From Squalus acanthias (taxonomy: Eukaryota), in NCBI GenBank assembly GCA_030390025.1, contig JASTWF010000359.1, positions 372,001-436,000 on the forward strand: a stretch of 64,000 nt of DNA. The letters are read 5' to 3'. The notes under the pieces are model-generated. The model ran no database searches. It saw only the letters and a program-made list of their open reading frames with translations, and was not told the DNA's origin. Position numbers and translations under genes: made by a program. Shown here in pieces: positions 41,001 to 54,196 of the stretch (position 1 is its first letter; each line of letters opens with the position of its first letter).

Positions 41001-44000
41001 ACCCATTCTTACCTACAGTCTCTCACTCTAACCCATTCTTACCCACAGTCTCCCACTTTAACCCATTCTTACCCACAGTCTCTCACTCTAACCCATTCTT
41101 ACCCACAGTCTCCCACTCTAACCCATTCTTACCCACAGTCTCCACTCTAACCCATTCTTACCCACAGTCTCTCCCTCTAACCCATTCTTACCTACAGTCT
41201 CTCACTCTAACCCATTCTTACCCACAGTCTCTCACTCTAACCCATTCTTACCCACAGTCTCTCACTCTAACCCATTCTTACCCACAGTCTCTCACTCTAA
41301 CCCATTCTTACCCACAGTCTCTCACTCTAACCCATTCTTACCCTCAGTCTCTCACTCTAACCCATTCTTACCCACAGTCTCTCACTCTAACCCATTCTTA
41401 CCCACAGTCTCTCACTCTAACCCATTCTTACCCACAGTCTCTCACTCTAACCCATTCTTACCCACAGCTCTCACTCTAACCCATTCTTATCCACAGTCTC
41501 TCACTCTAACCCATTCTTACCCACAGTCTCCCACTCTAAGACATTCTTACCCACAGTCTCTCACTCCACCCCATTCTTACCCACAGTCTCTCCCACTCTA
41601 ACCCATTCTTACCCACAGTCTCTCACTCTAACCCATTCTTACCCACAGTCTCCCACTCTAACCCATTCTTGCACACAGTCTCTCACTCTAACCCATTCTT
41701 ACCCACTGTCTCTCACTCTAACCCATTCTTATCCACAGTCTCTCACTCTAACCCATTCTTACCCACAGTCTCCCACTCTAACACATTCTTACCCAGAGTC
41801 TCTCACTCCACCCCATTCTTACCCACAGTCTCTCCCACTCTAACCCATTCTTACCCACAGTCTCTCACTCTAACCCATTCTTACCCACAGTCTCCCACTC
41901 TAACCATTCTTGCACACAGTCTCTCACTCTAACCCATTCTTATCCACAGACTCTCCTACTCTAACACATTCTTACCCACAGTCTCTCACTCTAACCCATT
42001 CTTACCCACAGTCTCCCACTCTAACCCATCCATACCCACAGTCTCTCACTCTAACCCATTCTTACCCACAGTCTCTCACTCTAGCCCATTCTTACCCACA
42101 GTCTCTCACTCTAACCCATTCTTACCCACAGTCTCCCACTCTAACCCATTCTTACCCACAGTCTCTCACTCTAACCCATTCTTACCCACAGTCTCTCACT
42201 CTAACCCATTCTTACCCACAGTCTCTCACTCTAGCCCATTCTTACCCACAGTCTCTCACTCTAACCCATTCTTACCCACAGTCTCTCACTCTAGCCCATT
42301 CTTACCCACAGTCTCTCACTCTAACCCATTCTTACCCACAGTCTCCCACTCTAACCCATTCTTCCCCACAGTCTCTCACTCTAACCCATTCTTACCCACA
42401 GTCTCCCACTCTAAGCCATTCTTACCCACAGTCTCTCACTCTAACCCATTCTTACCCACAGTCTCTCACTCTAACCCATTCTTACCCACAGTCTCTCACT
42501 CTAACCAATTCTTACCCACAGTCTCCCACTCTAACCCATTCTTACCCACAGTCTCCCACTCTAACCCATTCTTACCTACAGTCTCTCACTCTAACCCATT
42601 CTTACCCACAGTCTCTCACTCTAACCCATTCTTACCCACAGTCTCTCACTCTAGCCCATTCTTACCCACAGTCTCTCACTCTAACCCATTCTTACCCACA
42701 GTCTCTCACTCTAGCCCATTCTTACCCACAGTCTCTCACTCTAACCCATTCTTACCCACAGTCTCCCACTCTAACCCATTCTTCCCCACAGTCTCTCACT
42801 CTAACCCATTCTTACCCACAGTCTCCCACTCTAAGCCATTCTTACCCACAGTCTCTCACTCTAACCCATTCTTACCCACAGTCTCTCACTCTAACCCATT
42901 CTTACCCACAGTCTCTCACTCTAACCCATTCTTACCCACAGTCTCTCACTCTAACCAATTCTTACCCACAGTCTCCCACTCTAACCCATTCTTACCCACA
43001 GTCTCCCACTCTAACCCATTCCTACCCACAGTCTCGCACTCTAACCCATTCTTACCCACAGTCTCTCACTCTAACACATTCTTATCCACTGTCTCCCCCT
43101 CTAACCAATTCTTACCAACAGTCTCCCACTTTAACCCATTCTTACCCACAATCTCCCACTCTAACCCATTCTTACCCACAGTCTCTCACTCTAGCCCATT
43201 CTGACACACAATCTCCCACTCTAACCCATTCTTACCCACAGTCTCTCACTCTAACCCATTCTTACCCACAGTCTCCCACTTTAACCCATTCTTACCCACA
43301 GTCTCTCACTCTAACCCATTCTTACCCACAGTCTCTCACTCTAACCCATTCTTACCCACAGTCTCTCACTCTAACCCATTCTTACCCACAGCCTCTCACT
43401 CTAACCCATTCTTATCCACAGTCTCTCACTCTAACCCATTCTTACCCACAGTCTCCCAATCTAAGACACTCTTACCCACAGTCTCTCACTCCACCCCATT
43501 CTTACCCACAGTCTCTCCCACTCTAACCCATTCTTACCCACAGTCTCTCACTCTAACCCATTCTTACCCACAGTCTCCACTCTAACCCATTCTTGCACAC
43601 AGTCTCTCACTCTAACCCATTCTTACCCACTGTCTCTCACTCTAACCCATTCTTATCCACAGTCTCTCACTCTAACCCATTCTTACCCACAGTCTCCCAC
43701 TCTAACACATTCTTACCCAGAGTCTCTCACTCCACCCCATTCTTACCCACAGTCTCTCCCACTCTAACCCATTCTTACCCACAGTCTCTCACTCTAACCC
43801 ATTCTTACCCACAGTCTCCCACTCTAACCCATTCTTGCACACAGTCTCTCACTCTAACCCATTCTTATCCACAGACTCTCCTACTCTAACACATTCTTAC
43901 CCACAGTCTCTCACTCTAACCCATTCTTACCCACAGTCTCCCACTCTAACCCATCCTTACCCACAGTCTCTCACTCTAACCCATTCTTACCCACAGTCTC

Positions 44001-47000
44001 TCACTCTAGCCCATTCTTACCCACAGTCTCTCACTCTAACCCATTCTTACCCACAGTCTCCCACTCTAACCCATTCTTACCCACAGTCTCTCACTCTAAC
44101 CCATTCTTACCCACAGTCTCTCACTCTAACCCATTCTTACCCACAGTCTCTCACTCTAGCCCATTCTTACCCACAGTCTCTCACTCTAACCCATTCTTAC
44201 CCACAGTCTCTCACTCTAGCCCATTCTTACCCACAGTCTCTCACTCTAACCCATTCTTACCCACAGTCTCCCACTCTAACCCATTCTTCCCCACAGTCTC
44301 TCACTCTAACCCATTCTTACCCACAGTCTCCCACTCTAAGCCATTCTTACCCACAGTCTCTCACTCTAACCCATTCTTACCCACAGTCTCTCACTCTAAC
44401 CCATTCTTACCCACAGTCTCTCACTCTAACCAATTCTTACCCACAGTCTCCCACTCTAACCCATTCTTACCCACAGTCTCCCACTCTAACCCATTCTTAC
44501 CTACAGTCTCTCACTCTAACCCATTCTTACCCACAGTCTCTCACTCTAACCCATTCTTACCCACAGTCTCTCACTCTAGCCCATTCTTACCCACAGTCTC
44601 TCACTCTAACCCATTCTTACCCACAGTCTCTCACTCTAGCCCATTCTTACCCACAGTCTCTCACTCCTAACCCATTCTTACCCACAGTCTCCCACTCTAA
44701 CCATTCTTCCCCACAGTCTCTCACTCTAACCCATTCTTACACACAGTCTCCCACTCTAAGCCATTCTTACCCACAGTCTCTCACTCTAACCCATTCTTAC
44801 CCACAGTCTCTCACTCTAACCCATTCTTACCCACAGTCTCTCACTCTAACCCATTCTTACCCACAGTCTCTCACTCTAACCAATTCTTACCCACAGTCTC
44901 CCACTCTAACCCATTCTTACCCACAGTCTCCCACTCTAACCCATTCCTACCCACAGTCTCTCACTCTAACCCATTCTTACCCACAGTCTCTCACTCTAAC
45001 ACATTCTTATCCACTGTCTCCCCCTCTAACCAATTCTTACCAACAGTCTCCCACTTTAACCCATTCTTACCCACAATCTCCCACTCTAACCCATTCTTAC
45101 CCACAGTCTCTCACTCTAGCCCATTCTGACACACAATCTCCCACTCTAACCCATTCTTACCCACAGTCACTCACTCTAACCCATTCTTACCCACAGTCTC
45201 CACTTTAACCCATTCTTACCCACAGTCTCTCACTCTAACCCATTCTTACTCACAGTCTCTCACTCTAACCCATTCTTACCAACAGTCTCCCACTCCAACC
45301 CATTCTTACCCACAGTCTCTCACTCTAACCCATTCTTACCCACAGTCTCTCACTCTAACCCATTCTTACCCACAGTCTCCCACTCTAACCCATTCTTACC
45401 CACAGTCTTCCACTCGAACCCATTCTTACCCACAGTCTCTCACTCTAACCCATTGTTACCCACAGTCGCGCACTTTAACCCATTCTTACCCACAGTCTCT
45501 CACTCTAACCCATTCTTACTCACAGTCTCTCACTCTAACACATTATTACCCACAGTCTCTCACTCTAACACATTCTTACCCACAGTTTCTCACTCTAACC
45601 CATTTTTACCCACAGTCTCTCACTCTAACCCATTCTTACCCACAGTCTCTCACACTAACCCATTCTTACACACAGTCTCTCACTCTAACCCATTCTTATC
45701 CACTGTCTCCCCCTCTAACCCATTCTTACCCACAGTCTCCCACTTTAACCCATTCTTACACATAATCTCCCACTCTAACCCATTCTTACCTACAGTCTCT
45801 CACTCTAACCCATTCTTACCCACAGTCTCCCACTTTAACCCATTCTTACCCACAGTCTCTCACTCTAACCCATTCTTACCCACAGTCTCCCACTCTAACC
45901 CATTCTTACCCACAGTCTCCCACTCTAACCCATTCTTACCACAGTCTCTCCCTCTAACCCATTCTTACCTACAGTCTCTCACTCTAACCCATTCTTACCC
46001 ACAGTCTCTCACTCTAACCCATTCTTACCCACAGTCTCTCACTCTAACCAATTCTTACCCACAGTCTCTCACTCTAACCCATTCTTACCCACAGTCTCTC
46101 ACTCTAACCCATTCTTAGCCTCAGTCTCTCACTCTAACCCATTCTTACCCACAGTCTCTCACTCTAACCCATTCTTACCCACAGTCTCTCACTCTAACCC
46201 ATTCTTACCCACAGTCTCTCACTCTAACCCATTCTTACCCACAGTCTCTCACTCTAACCCATTCTTATCCACAGTCTCTCACTCTAACCCATTCTTACCC
46301 ACAGTCTCCCACTCTAAGACATTCTTACCCACAGTCTCTCACTCCACCCCATTCTTACCCACAGTCTCTCCCACTCTAAACCCATTCTTACCCACAGTCT
46401 CTCACTCTAACCCATTCTTACCCACAGTCTCCCACTCTAACCCATTCTTGCACACAGTCTCTCACTCTAACCCATTCTTACCCACTGTCTCTCACTCTAA
46501 CCCATTCTTATCCACAGTCTCTCACTCTAACCCATTCTTACCCACAGTCTCCCACTCTAACACATTCTTACCCAGAGTCTCTCACTCCACCCCATTCTTA
46601 CCCACAGTCTCTCCCACTCTAACCCATTCTTACCCACAGTCTCTCACTCTAACCCATTCTTACCACAGTCTCCCACTCTAACCCATTCTTGCACACAGTC
46701 TCTCACTCTAACCCATTCTTATCCACAGACTCTCCTACTCTAACACATTCTTACCCACAGTCTCTCACTCTAACCCATTCTTACCCACAGTCTCCACTCT
46801 AACCCATCCTTACCCACAGTCTCTCACTCTAACCCATTCTTACCCACAGTCTCTCACTCTAGCCCATTCTTACCCACAGTCTCTCACTCTAACCCATTCT
46901 TACCCACAGTCTCCCACTCTAACCCATTCTTACCCACAGTCTCTCACTCTAACCCATTCTTACCCACAGTCTCTCACTCTAACCCATTCTTACCCACAGT

Positions 47001-50000
47001 CTCTCACTCTAGCCCATTCTTACCCACAGTCTCTCACTCTAACCCATTCTTACCCACAGTCTCTCACTCTAGCCCATTCTTACCCACAGTCTCTCACTCT
47101 AACCCATTCTTACCCACAGTCTCCCACTCTAACCCATTCTTCCCCACAGTCTCTCACTCTAACCCATTCTTACCACAGTCTCCCACTCTAAGCCATTCTT
47201 ACCCACAGTCTCTCACTCTAACCCATTCTTACCCACAGTCTCTCACTCTAACCCATTCTTACCCACAGTCTCTCACTCTAACCAATTCTTACCCACAGTC
47301 TCCCACTCTAACCCATTCTTACCCACAGTCTCCCACTCTAACCCATTCTTACCTACAGTCTCTCACTCTAACCCATTCTTACCCACAGTCTCTCACTCTA
47401 ACCCATTCTTACCCACAGTCTCTCACTCTAGCCCATTCTTACCCACAGTCTCTCACTCTAACCCATTCTTACCCACAGTCTCTCACTCTAGCCCATTCTT
47501 ACCCACAGTCTCTCACTCTAACCCATTCTTACCCACAGTCTCCCACTCTAACCCATTCTTCCCCACAGTCTCTCACTCTAACCCATTCTTACCCACAGTC
47601 TCCCACTCTAAGCCATTCTTACCCACAGTCTCTCACTCTAACCCATTCTTACCCACAGTCTCTCACTCTAACCCATTCTTACCCACAGTCTCTCACTCTA
47701 ACCCATTCTTACCCACAGTCTCTCACTCTAACCAATTCTTACCCACAGTCTCCCACTCTAACCCATTCTTACCCACAGTCTCCCACTCTAACCCATTCCT
47801 ACCCACAGTCTCTCACTCTAACCCATTCTTACCCACAGTCTCTCACTCTAACACATTCTTATCCACTGTCTCCCCCTCTAACCAATTCTTACCAACAGTC
47901 TCCCACTTTAACCCATTCTTACCCACAATCTCCCACTCTAACCCATTCTTACCCACAGTCTCTCACTCTAGCCCATTCTGACACACAATCTCCCACTCTA
48001 ACCCATTCTTACCCACAGTCTCTCACTCTAACCCATTCTTACCCACAGTCTCCCACTTTAACCCATTCTTACCCACAGTCTCTCACTCTAACCCATTCTT
48101 ACTCACAGTCTCTCACTCTAACCCATTCTTACCAACAGTCTCCCACTCCAACCCATTCTTACCCACAGTCTCTCACTCTAACCCATTCTTACCCACAGTC
48201 TCTCACTCTAACCCATTCTTACCCACAGTCTCCCACTCTAACCCATTCTTACCCACAGTCTTCCACTCGAACCCATTCTTACCCACAGTCTCTCACTCTA
48301 ACCCATTGTTACCCACAGTCGCGCACTTTAACCCATTCTTACCCACAGTCTCTCACTCTAACCCATTCGTCCTCACAGTCTCTCACTCTAACCCATTCTT
48401 ACCCACAGTCTCTCACTCTAACCCATTCTTACTCACAGTCTCTCACTCTAACACATTATTACCCACAGTCTCTCACTCTAACACATTCTTACCCACAGTT
48501 TCTCACTCTAACCCATTTTTACCCACAGTCTCTCACTCTAACCCATTCTTACCCACAGTCTCTCACACTAACCCATTCTTACACACAGTCTCTCACTCTA
48601 ACCCATTCTTATCCACTGTCTCCCCCTCTAACCCATTCTTACCCACAGTCTCCCACTTTAACCCATTCTTACACATAATCTCCCACTCTAACCCATTCTT
48701 ACCTACAGTCTCTCACTCTAACCCATTCTTACCCACAGTCTCCCACTTTAACCCATTCTTACCCACAGTCTCTCACTCTAACCCATTCTTACCCACAGTC
48801 TCCCACTCTAACCCATTCTTACCCACAGTCTCCCACTCTAACCCATTCTTACCCACAGTCTCTCCCTCTAACCCATTCTTACCTACAGTCTCTCACTCTA
48901 ACCCATTCTTACCCACAGTCTCTCACTCTAACCCATTCTTACCCACAGTCTCTCACTCTAACCAATTCTTACCCACAGTCTCTCACTCTAACCCATTCTT
49001 ACCCACAGTCTCTCACTCTAACCCATTCTTAGCCTCAGTCTCTCACTCTAACCCATTCTTACCCACAGTCTCTCACTCTAACCCATTCTTACCCACAGTC
49101 TCTCACTCTAACCCATTCTTACCCACAGTCTCTCACTCTAACCCATTCTTACCCACAGTCTCTCACTCTAACCCATTCTTATCCACAGTCTCTCACTCTA
49201 ACCCATTCTTACCCACAGTCTCCCACTCTAAGACATTCTTACCCACAGTCTCTCACTCCACCCCATTCTTACCCACAGTCTCTCCCACTCTAACCCATTC
49301 TTACCCACAGTCTCTCACTCTAACCCATTCTTACCCACAGTCTCCCACTCTAACCCATTCTTGCACACAGTCTCTCACTCTAACCCATTCTTACCCACTG
49401 TCTCTCACTCTAACCCATTCTTATCCACAGTCTCTCACTCTAACCCATTCTTACCCACAGTCTCCCACTCTAACACATTCTTACCCAGAGTCTCTCACTC
49501 CACCCCATTCTTACCCACAGTCTCTCCCACTCTAACCCATTCTTACCCACAGTCTCTCACTCTAACCCATTCTTACCCACAGTCTCCCACTCTAACCCAT
49601 TCTTGCACACAGTCTCTCACTCTAACCCATTCTTATCCACAGACTCTCCTACTCTAACACATTCTTACCCACAGTCTCTCACTCTAACCCATTCTTACCC
49701 ACAGTCTCCCACTCTAACCCATTCTTACCCACAGTCTCTCACTCTAACCCATTCTTACCCACAGTCTCTCACTCTAACCCATTCTTACCCACAGTCTCTC
49801 ACTCTAGCCCATCCTTACCCACAGTCTCTCACTCTAACCCATTCTTACCCACAGTCTCCCACTCTAACCCATCCTTACCCACAGTCTCTCACTCTAACCC
49901 ATTCTTACCCACAGTCTCTCACTCTAGCCCATTCTTACCCACAGTCTCTCACTCTAACCCATTCTTACCCACAGTCTCCCACTCTAACCCATTCTTACCC

Positions 50001-50461
50001 ACAGTCTCTCACTCTAACCCATTCTTACCCACAGTCTCTCACTCTAACCCATTCTTACCCACAGTCTCTCACTCTAGCCCATTCTTACCCACAGTCTCTC
50101 ACTCTAACCCATTCTTACCCACAGTCTCTCACTCTAGCCCATTCTTACCCACAGTCTCTCACTCTAACCCATTCTTACCCACAGTCTCCCACTCTAACCC
50201 ATTCTTCCCCACAGTCTCTCACTCTAACCCATTCTTACCCACAGTCTCCCACTCTAAGCCATTCTTACCCACAGTCTCTCACTCTAACCCATTCTTACCC
50301 ACAGTCTCTCACTCTAACCCATTCTTACCCACAGTCTCTCACTCTAACCAATTCTTACCCACAGTCTCCCACTCTAACCCATTCTTACCCACAGTCTCCC
50401 ACTCTAACCCATTCTTACCTACAGTCTCTCACTCTAACCCATTCTTACCCACAGTCTCCCA
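14069..50461. repeat. 30-bp satellite array, right segment, with kb-scale higher-order repeats
   Basis: Same monomer; recurrent diagnostic variant blocks; abrupt end at ...ACAGTCTCCCA|TTTTTCC. Confidence 0.99.
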
Positions 50462-50694
50462 TTTTTCCACCATCTGTATCTGCAGTCTGAGGCACAGCAC
50501 TGTGATCATGACTGAGATTAATTGCCACCTCAGGCTCCAGCTCAGTGAAGCAGCTGCAGAGTTGCTCCATATCAGCCCTTTGGCTCCCCACAATTATATG
50601 AAACAGTTGACTGATCTAACGTTGCACAGCACCAGCACTCTCAGCACCTTCCCACTCCGCATCAACAGGACCATGGCATCATTGCTGCTCAATT

Positions 50695-51627
50695 TAGAAC
50701 ATAAGACCATCAGAAGTAAGAGCAGGAGTCGGCCATACGGCCCCTCGAGCCTGCTCCGCCATTCAATAAGATCGTGGCTGATCATCGACCTCAACTCCAC
50801 TTTCCCGCCCGATCCCCATATCCCTCGATTCCCCTAGAGTCCCAAAATCTATCGATCTCGGCCTTGAATATACTCAAAGACTGAGCCTCCACAGCCCTCT
50901 GGGGTAGAGAATTCCAAAGATTCACAACCCTCTGAGTGAAGAAATTCCTCCTCATCTCAGTCTTAAATGGCCGTCCCCTTATCCTGAGACTATGCCCCCT
51001 AGTTCTAGACACTCCAGCCAGGGGAAACAACCTCTCAGCATCTACCCTGTCAATCCCCCTCAGAATCCTGTCTGTTTCAATGAGATCACCTCTCATTCTT
51101 CTAAACTCCAGGGAGTATCGGCCCATTCAACACAATCTACGCAATCTCTCATCATAGGACAGCCCTTTCATCCCAGGAATCAATCAAGTGAACCTTCATT
51201 GCACCCCCTCTAAGGCAAGTATATCCTTCCTTAGATAAGGAGACCAGAACTGTGCACAGTACTCCAGGTGTGTTCTCACCAAGGCCCTGTACAGTTTTAG
51301 CAAGACTTCCTCACTCTTATACTCCAACCCCCTTACAATTAAGGCCAACATGCCATTTGCCTTGCTTATTTCTAGCTTTCTGTGTTTCTTGCACAAGGAC
51401 ACCCAAATCTCTCTGAACACCAACATTTGAAAGTTTCTCACCATTTAAAAAATATTCTGTTTTTCTATTCTTCCCACCAAAGTGAATAACCTCACATTTC
51501 CTACATTATACTCTATCTGCCACCTTACTGCCCACTCACTTAGTCTATCTATATCCCTTTGCAGACTCATTATGTTCTCCTCACAGCTTACTGTCCCACC
51601 TAGCTTTGTATCATCGGCAAACTTGGA
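50695..51627 (-). mobile_element. Older CR1 LINE, 3' part (host of a nested insertion)
   Basis: Reverse-complement tail and hairpin at ~50695-50790; ORF2 fragments SKFADDTKL...KANGMLA...HLEYC...LWNSLP with frameshifts and deletions. Confidence 0.93.
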
Positions 51628-52920
51628 TTTATTAAAGGGAAATCGTGTTTGACAAATCTACTGGAGTTTTTTGAGGATGTAACTGGTAGAATAGATAAGG
51701 GAGAACCAGTGGATGTTGTGTATTTGGATTTTCAGAAGGCCTTTGATAAAGTCCCGCATAAGAGGGTAGTGTGCAAAATTAATGCACATGGGATTGGGGG
51801 TAATATACTGGCATGGATTGAAAATTGGTTAACAGACAGGAAACAGAGAATAGGAATAAATGGGTCTTTTTCGGGGTGGCAGGCGGTGACTAGTGGGGTA
51901 CCGCAGGGATCAGTGCTTGGGCCCAGCTATTCACAATATATATCAATGATTTGGATGAGGGAACCAAATGCAATATTTCCAAGTTTGCTGACAACACGAA
52001 ACTCGGTGGGATTGTGAGTTGTGAGGAGGATGCAAAGAGACTTGAAGGTGATTTAGACAAGTTGAGTGAATGGGCAAATACATGGCAGATGCAGTATAAC
52101 GTGGATAAATATGAAGTTATCCACTTCGGTAGGAAAAACAGAAAGGCAGAATATTATTTAAATGGTGATAGATTGCGAAATGTTGATGTACAAAGGGACC
52201 TGGGTGTCCTTGTACACCAGTCACTGAAAGCAAACATGCAGGTGCAGCAAGCAGTTAGAAAGGCAAATGGTATGTTGGCCTTCATTGCAAGAGGATTTGA
52301 GTACAGGAGCAAGGATGTCTTGCTACAGTTATACAGGGCCTTGGTGAGACCACACCTGGAGTACTGTATGCAGTTTTGGTCTCCTTACCTAAGAAAGGAT
52401 ATACTTGCTATAGAGGGAGTGCAGCGAAGGTTCACCAGACTGATTCTTGGGATGGCAGGACTGTCGTATGAGGAGAGATTGGGTCGACTAGTCCTGTATT
52501 CACTAGAGTTTAGAAGAATGAGAGGGGATCTCATTGAAACGTATAAAATTCTGACAGGGCTAGACAGACTGGATGCAGGGAGGATGTTTCCCCTGGCTGG
52601 GGGGTCTAGAACGAGGGGTCACAGTCTCAGGATACGGGGTAGGACATTTACGACTGAGATGAGGAGAAATTTCTTCACTCAGAGGGTGGTGAACCTGTGG
52701 AATTCTCTACCACAGAAGGCTGTGGAGGCCAAGTCACTGAATATATTTAAGAAGGAGATAGATAGATTTCTAGGCACAAAAGGCATCAAGGGGTATGGGG
52801 AGAGAGCGGGAATATGGTATTGAGATAGAGGATCAGCCATGATCATATTGAATGGCGGAGCAGGCTCGAAGGGCCGAATGGCCTACTCCTGCTCCTATGT
52901 TTTTTTGTTCTATGTTTCTA
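51628..52920 (+). mobile_element. 5'-truncated CR1 nested in opposite orientation inside the minus-strand CR1; RT pseudogene
   Basis: Starts at GF-KGKSCLTN; frameshift near 51920 (GSVLGP); catalytic FADD changed to FADN; ends in hairpin + TTCTATGTTTCTA. Confidence 0.93.
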
Positions 52921-54196
52921 TACATTACACTCGGTCCCTTCATCTAGGTCATTAATACAGATTGTAAGTAGCTGAGGCCCCAACACTGATCCTTGTGGCA
53001 CCCCACTAGTTACAGCCTGCCAACCTGAAAAAGATCAGTTTATCCCTACTCTCTGTTTTCAGTCCGTTAACCAATCCTCTATCCATGCTGCTATATTACC
53101 TCCAATCCCATGAGCCCTAATCTTGTGTAATAATCTTTTATGTGACACCTTATCGAATGCCTTTTGGAAATCCAAATATACTACATCCACTGGTTCTCCT
53201 TTATCTACCCTGCTAGTTACATCCTCAAAAAACTCTAATAAATTTGTCAAACACGATTTCCCTTTCATAAAACCATGTTGGCTCTGCCTAATCAGGTTAT
53301 GATTTTCTAAATTACTTGATACCACTTCCTTAACAATGAATTCCAGCATTTTCCCAACGACTGATGTCAGGCTAAGTGGCCTGTAGTTCCCTATTTTCTC
53401 TCTCCCTCCTTTCTTGAATAGCGGTGTTTACATTTGTGACCTTCCAGTCTGCTGGGACAGTTCTAGAATCTAGGGAATTTTGGAAGATCAAAACCAATGC
53501 ATCCACTATCTCTGCAGCCACCTCTTTTAGAACCCTCGGATGTAGGCCGTCTGGTCGAGGGGATTTGTCGGCTTTTAGTCCCATTAGTTTCTCTAGTACG
53601 TTTTCTCTACTTATATTAATTACGTTAAGTTCCTCACCCTCATTAGACCCTTGGTTCCCCATAATTTTTGGTATGCTTTTTGTGTCTTCTACTGTGAAGA
53701 CAGATACAAAATATTTGTTTAATGTTTCTCATTTCCTTATTCCCAATAATTTCTCCTATGTCAGTCTCTATGGGACCAACGTTTACTTTTGCCACTCTTT
53801 TCCTTTTTACATACTTGTAGAAACTCTTACAATCTGCTTTTATATTTCTTGCTAGTTTTCTCTCATTCTATTTTTTCCCTTTTTATCAATTTTTTGGTCA
53901 TCCTTTGCTGGTTTCTGAAACTCTCCCAATCCTCAGGCTTACTATTATTCTTTGCAACATTATAAGCTTCTTCTTTCAATCTAATGCTATCCTTAACTTC
54001 TTTAGTTAGCCACGGATGGATCACTTTTCCCGTGGATTTCTTGTTTCTCAATGGAATGTATTTGTGTTGAGAATTATGAAATATTTCTTTAAATGCTAGC
54101 CACTGCTTATCTACCGCCATACCTTTTAATCTATTTTTCCAATCTACCTTAGCCAACTCGCCCCTCATACCTATGTAATTGGCTTTATTTAAGTTT
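52921..54196 (-). mobile_element. Older CR1 LINE, 5' part (continuation of 50695-51627), 5'-truncated
   Basis: Minus-strand fragments [61 protein letters not shown]. The last joins in frame to SKFADD across the nested element. Confidence 0.93.

Noticed and set aside
2014..50461. CRISPR-like array (30-nt repeats next to a reverse transcriptase)
   Set aside because: No unique spacers; monomers are head-to-tail. No cas genes, and the RT is an ordinary vertebrate CR1 ORF2 with a TSD.
2014..50461. True telomere or canonical interstitial (TTAGGG)n tract
   Set aside because: Only one TAACCC per 30 nt, never tandem hexamers; unique DNA lies on both sides.
6336..50490. Dozens of long ORFs (SLTLTHSYPQ / TVSHSNPFLP repeats, up to 848 aa) suggesting a mucin-like or repetitive protein
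   Set aside because: They arise because a 30-nt monomer lacks stops in two plus-strand frames. Starts are TTG variants, indels switch frames at random, a LINE interrupts the array, and there is no signal peptide or splice context.
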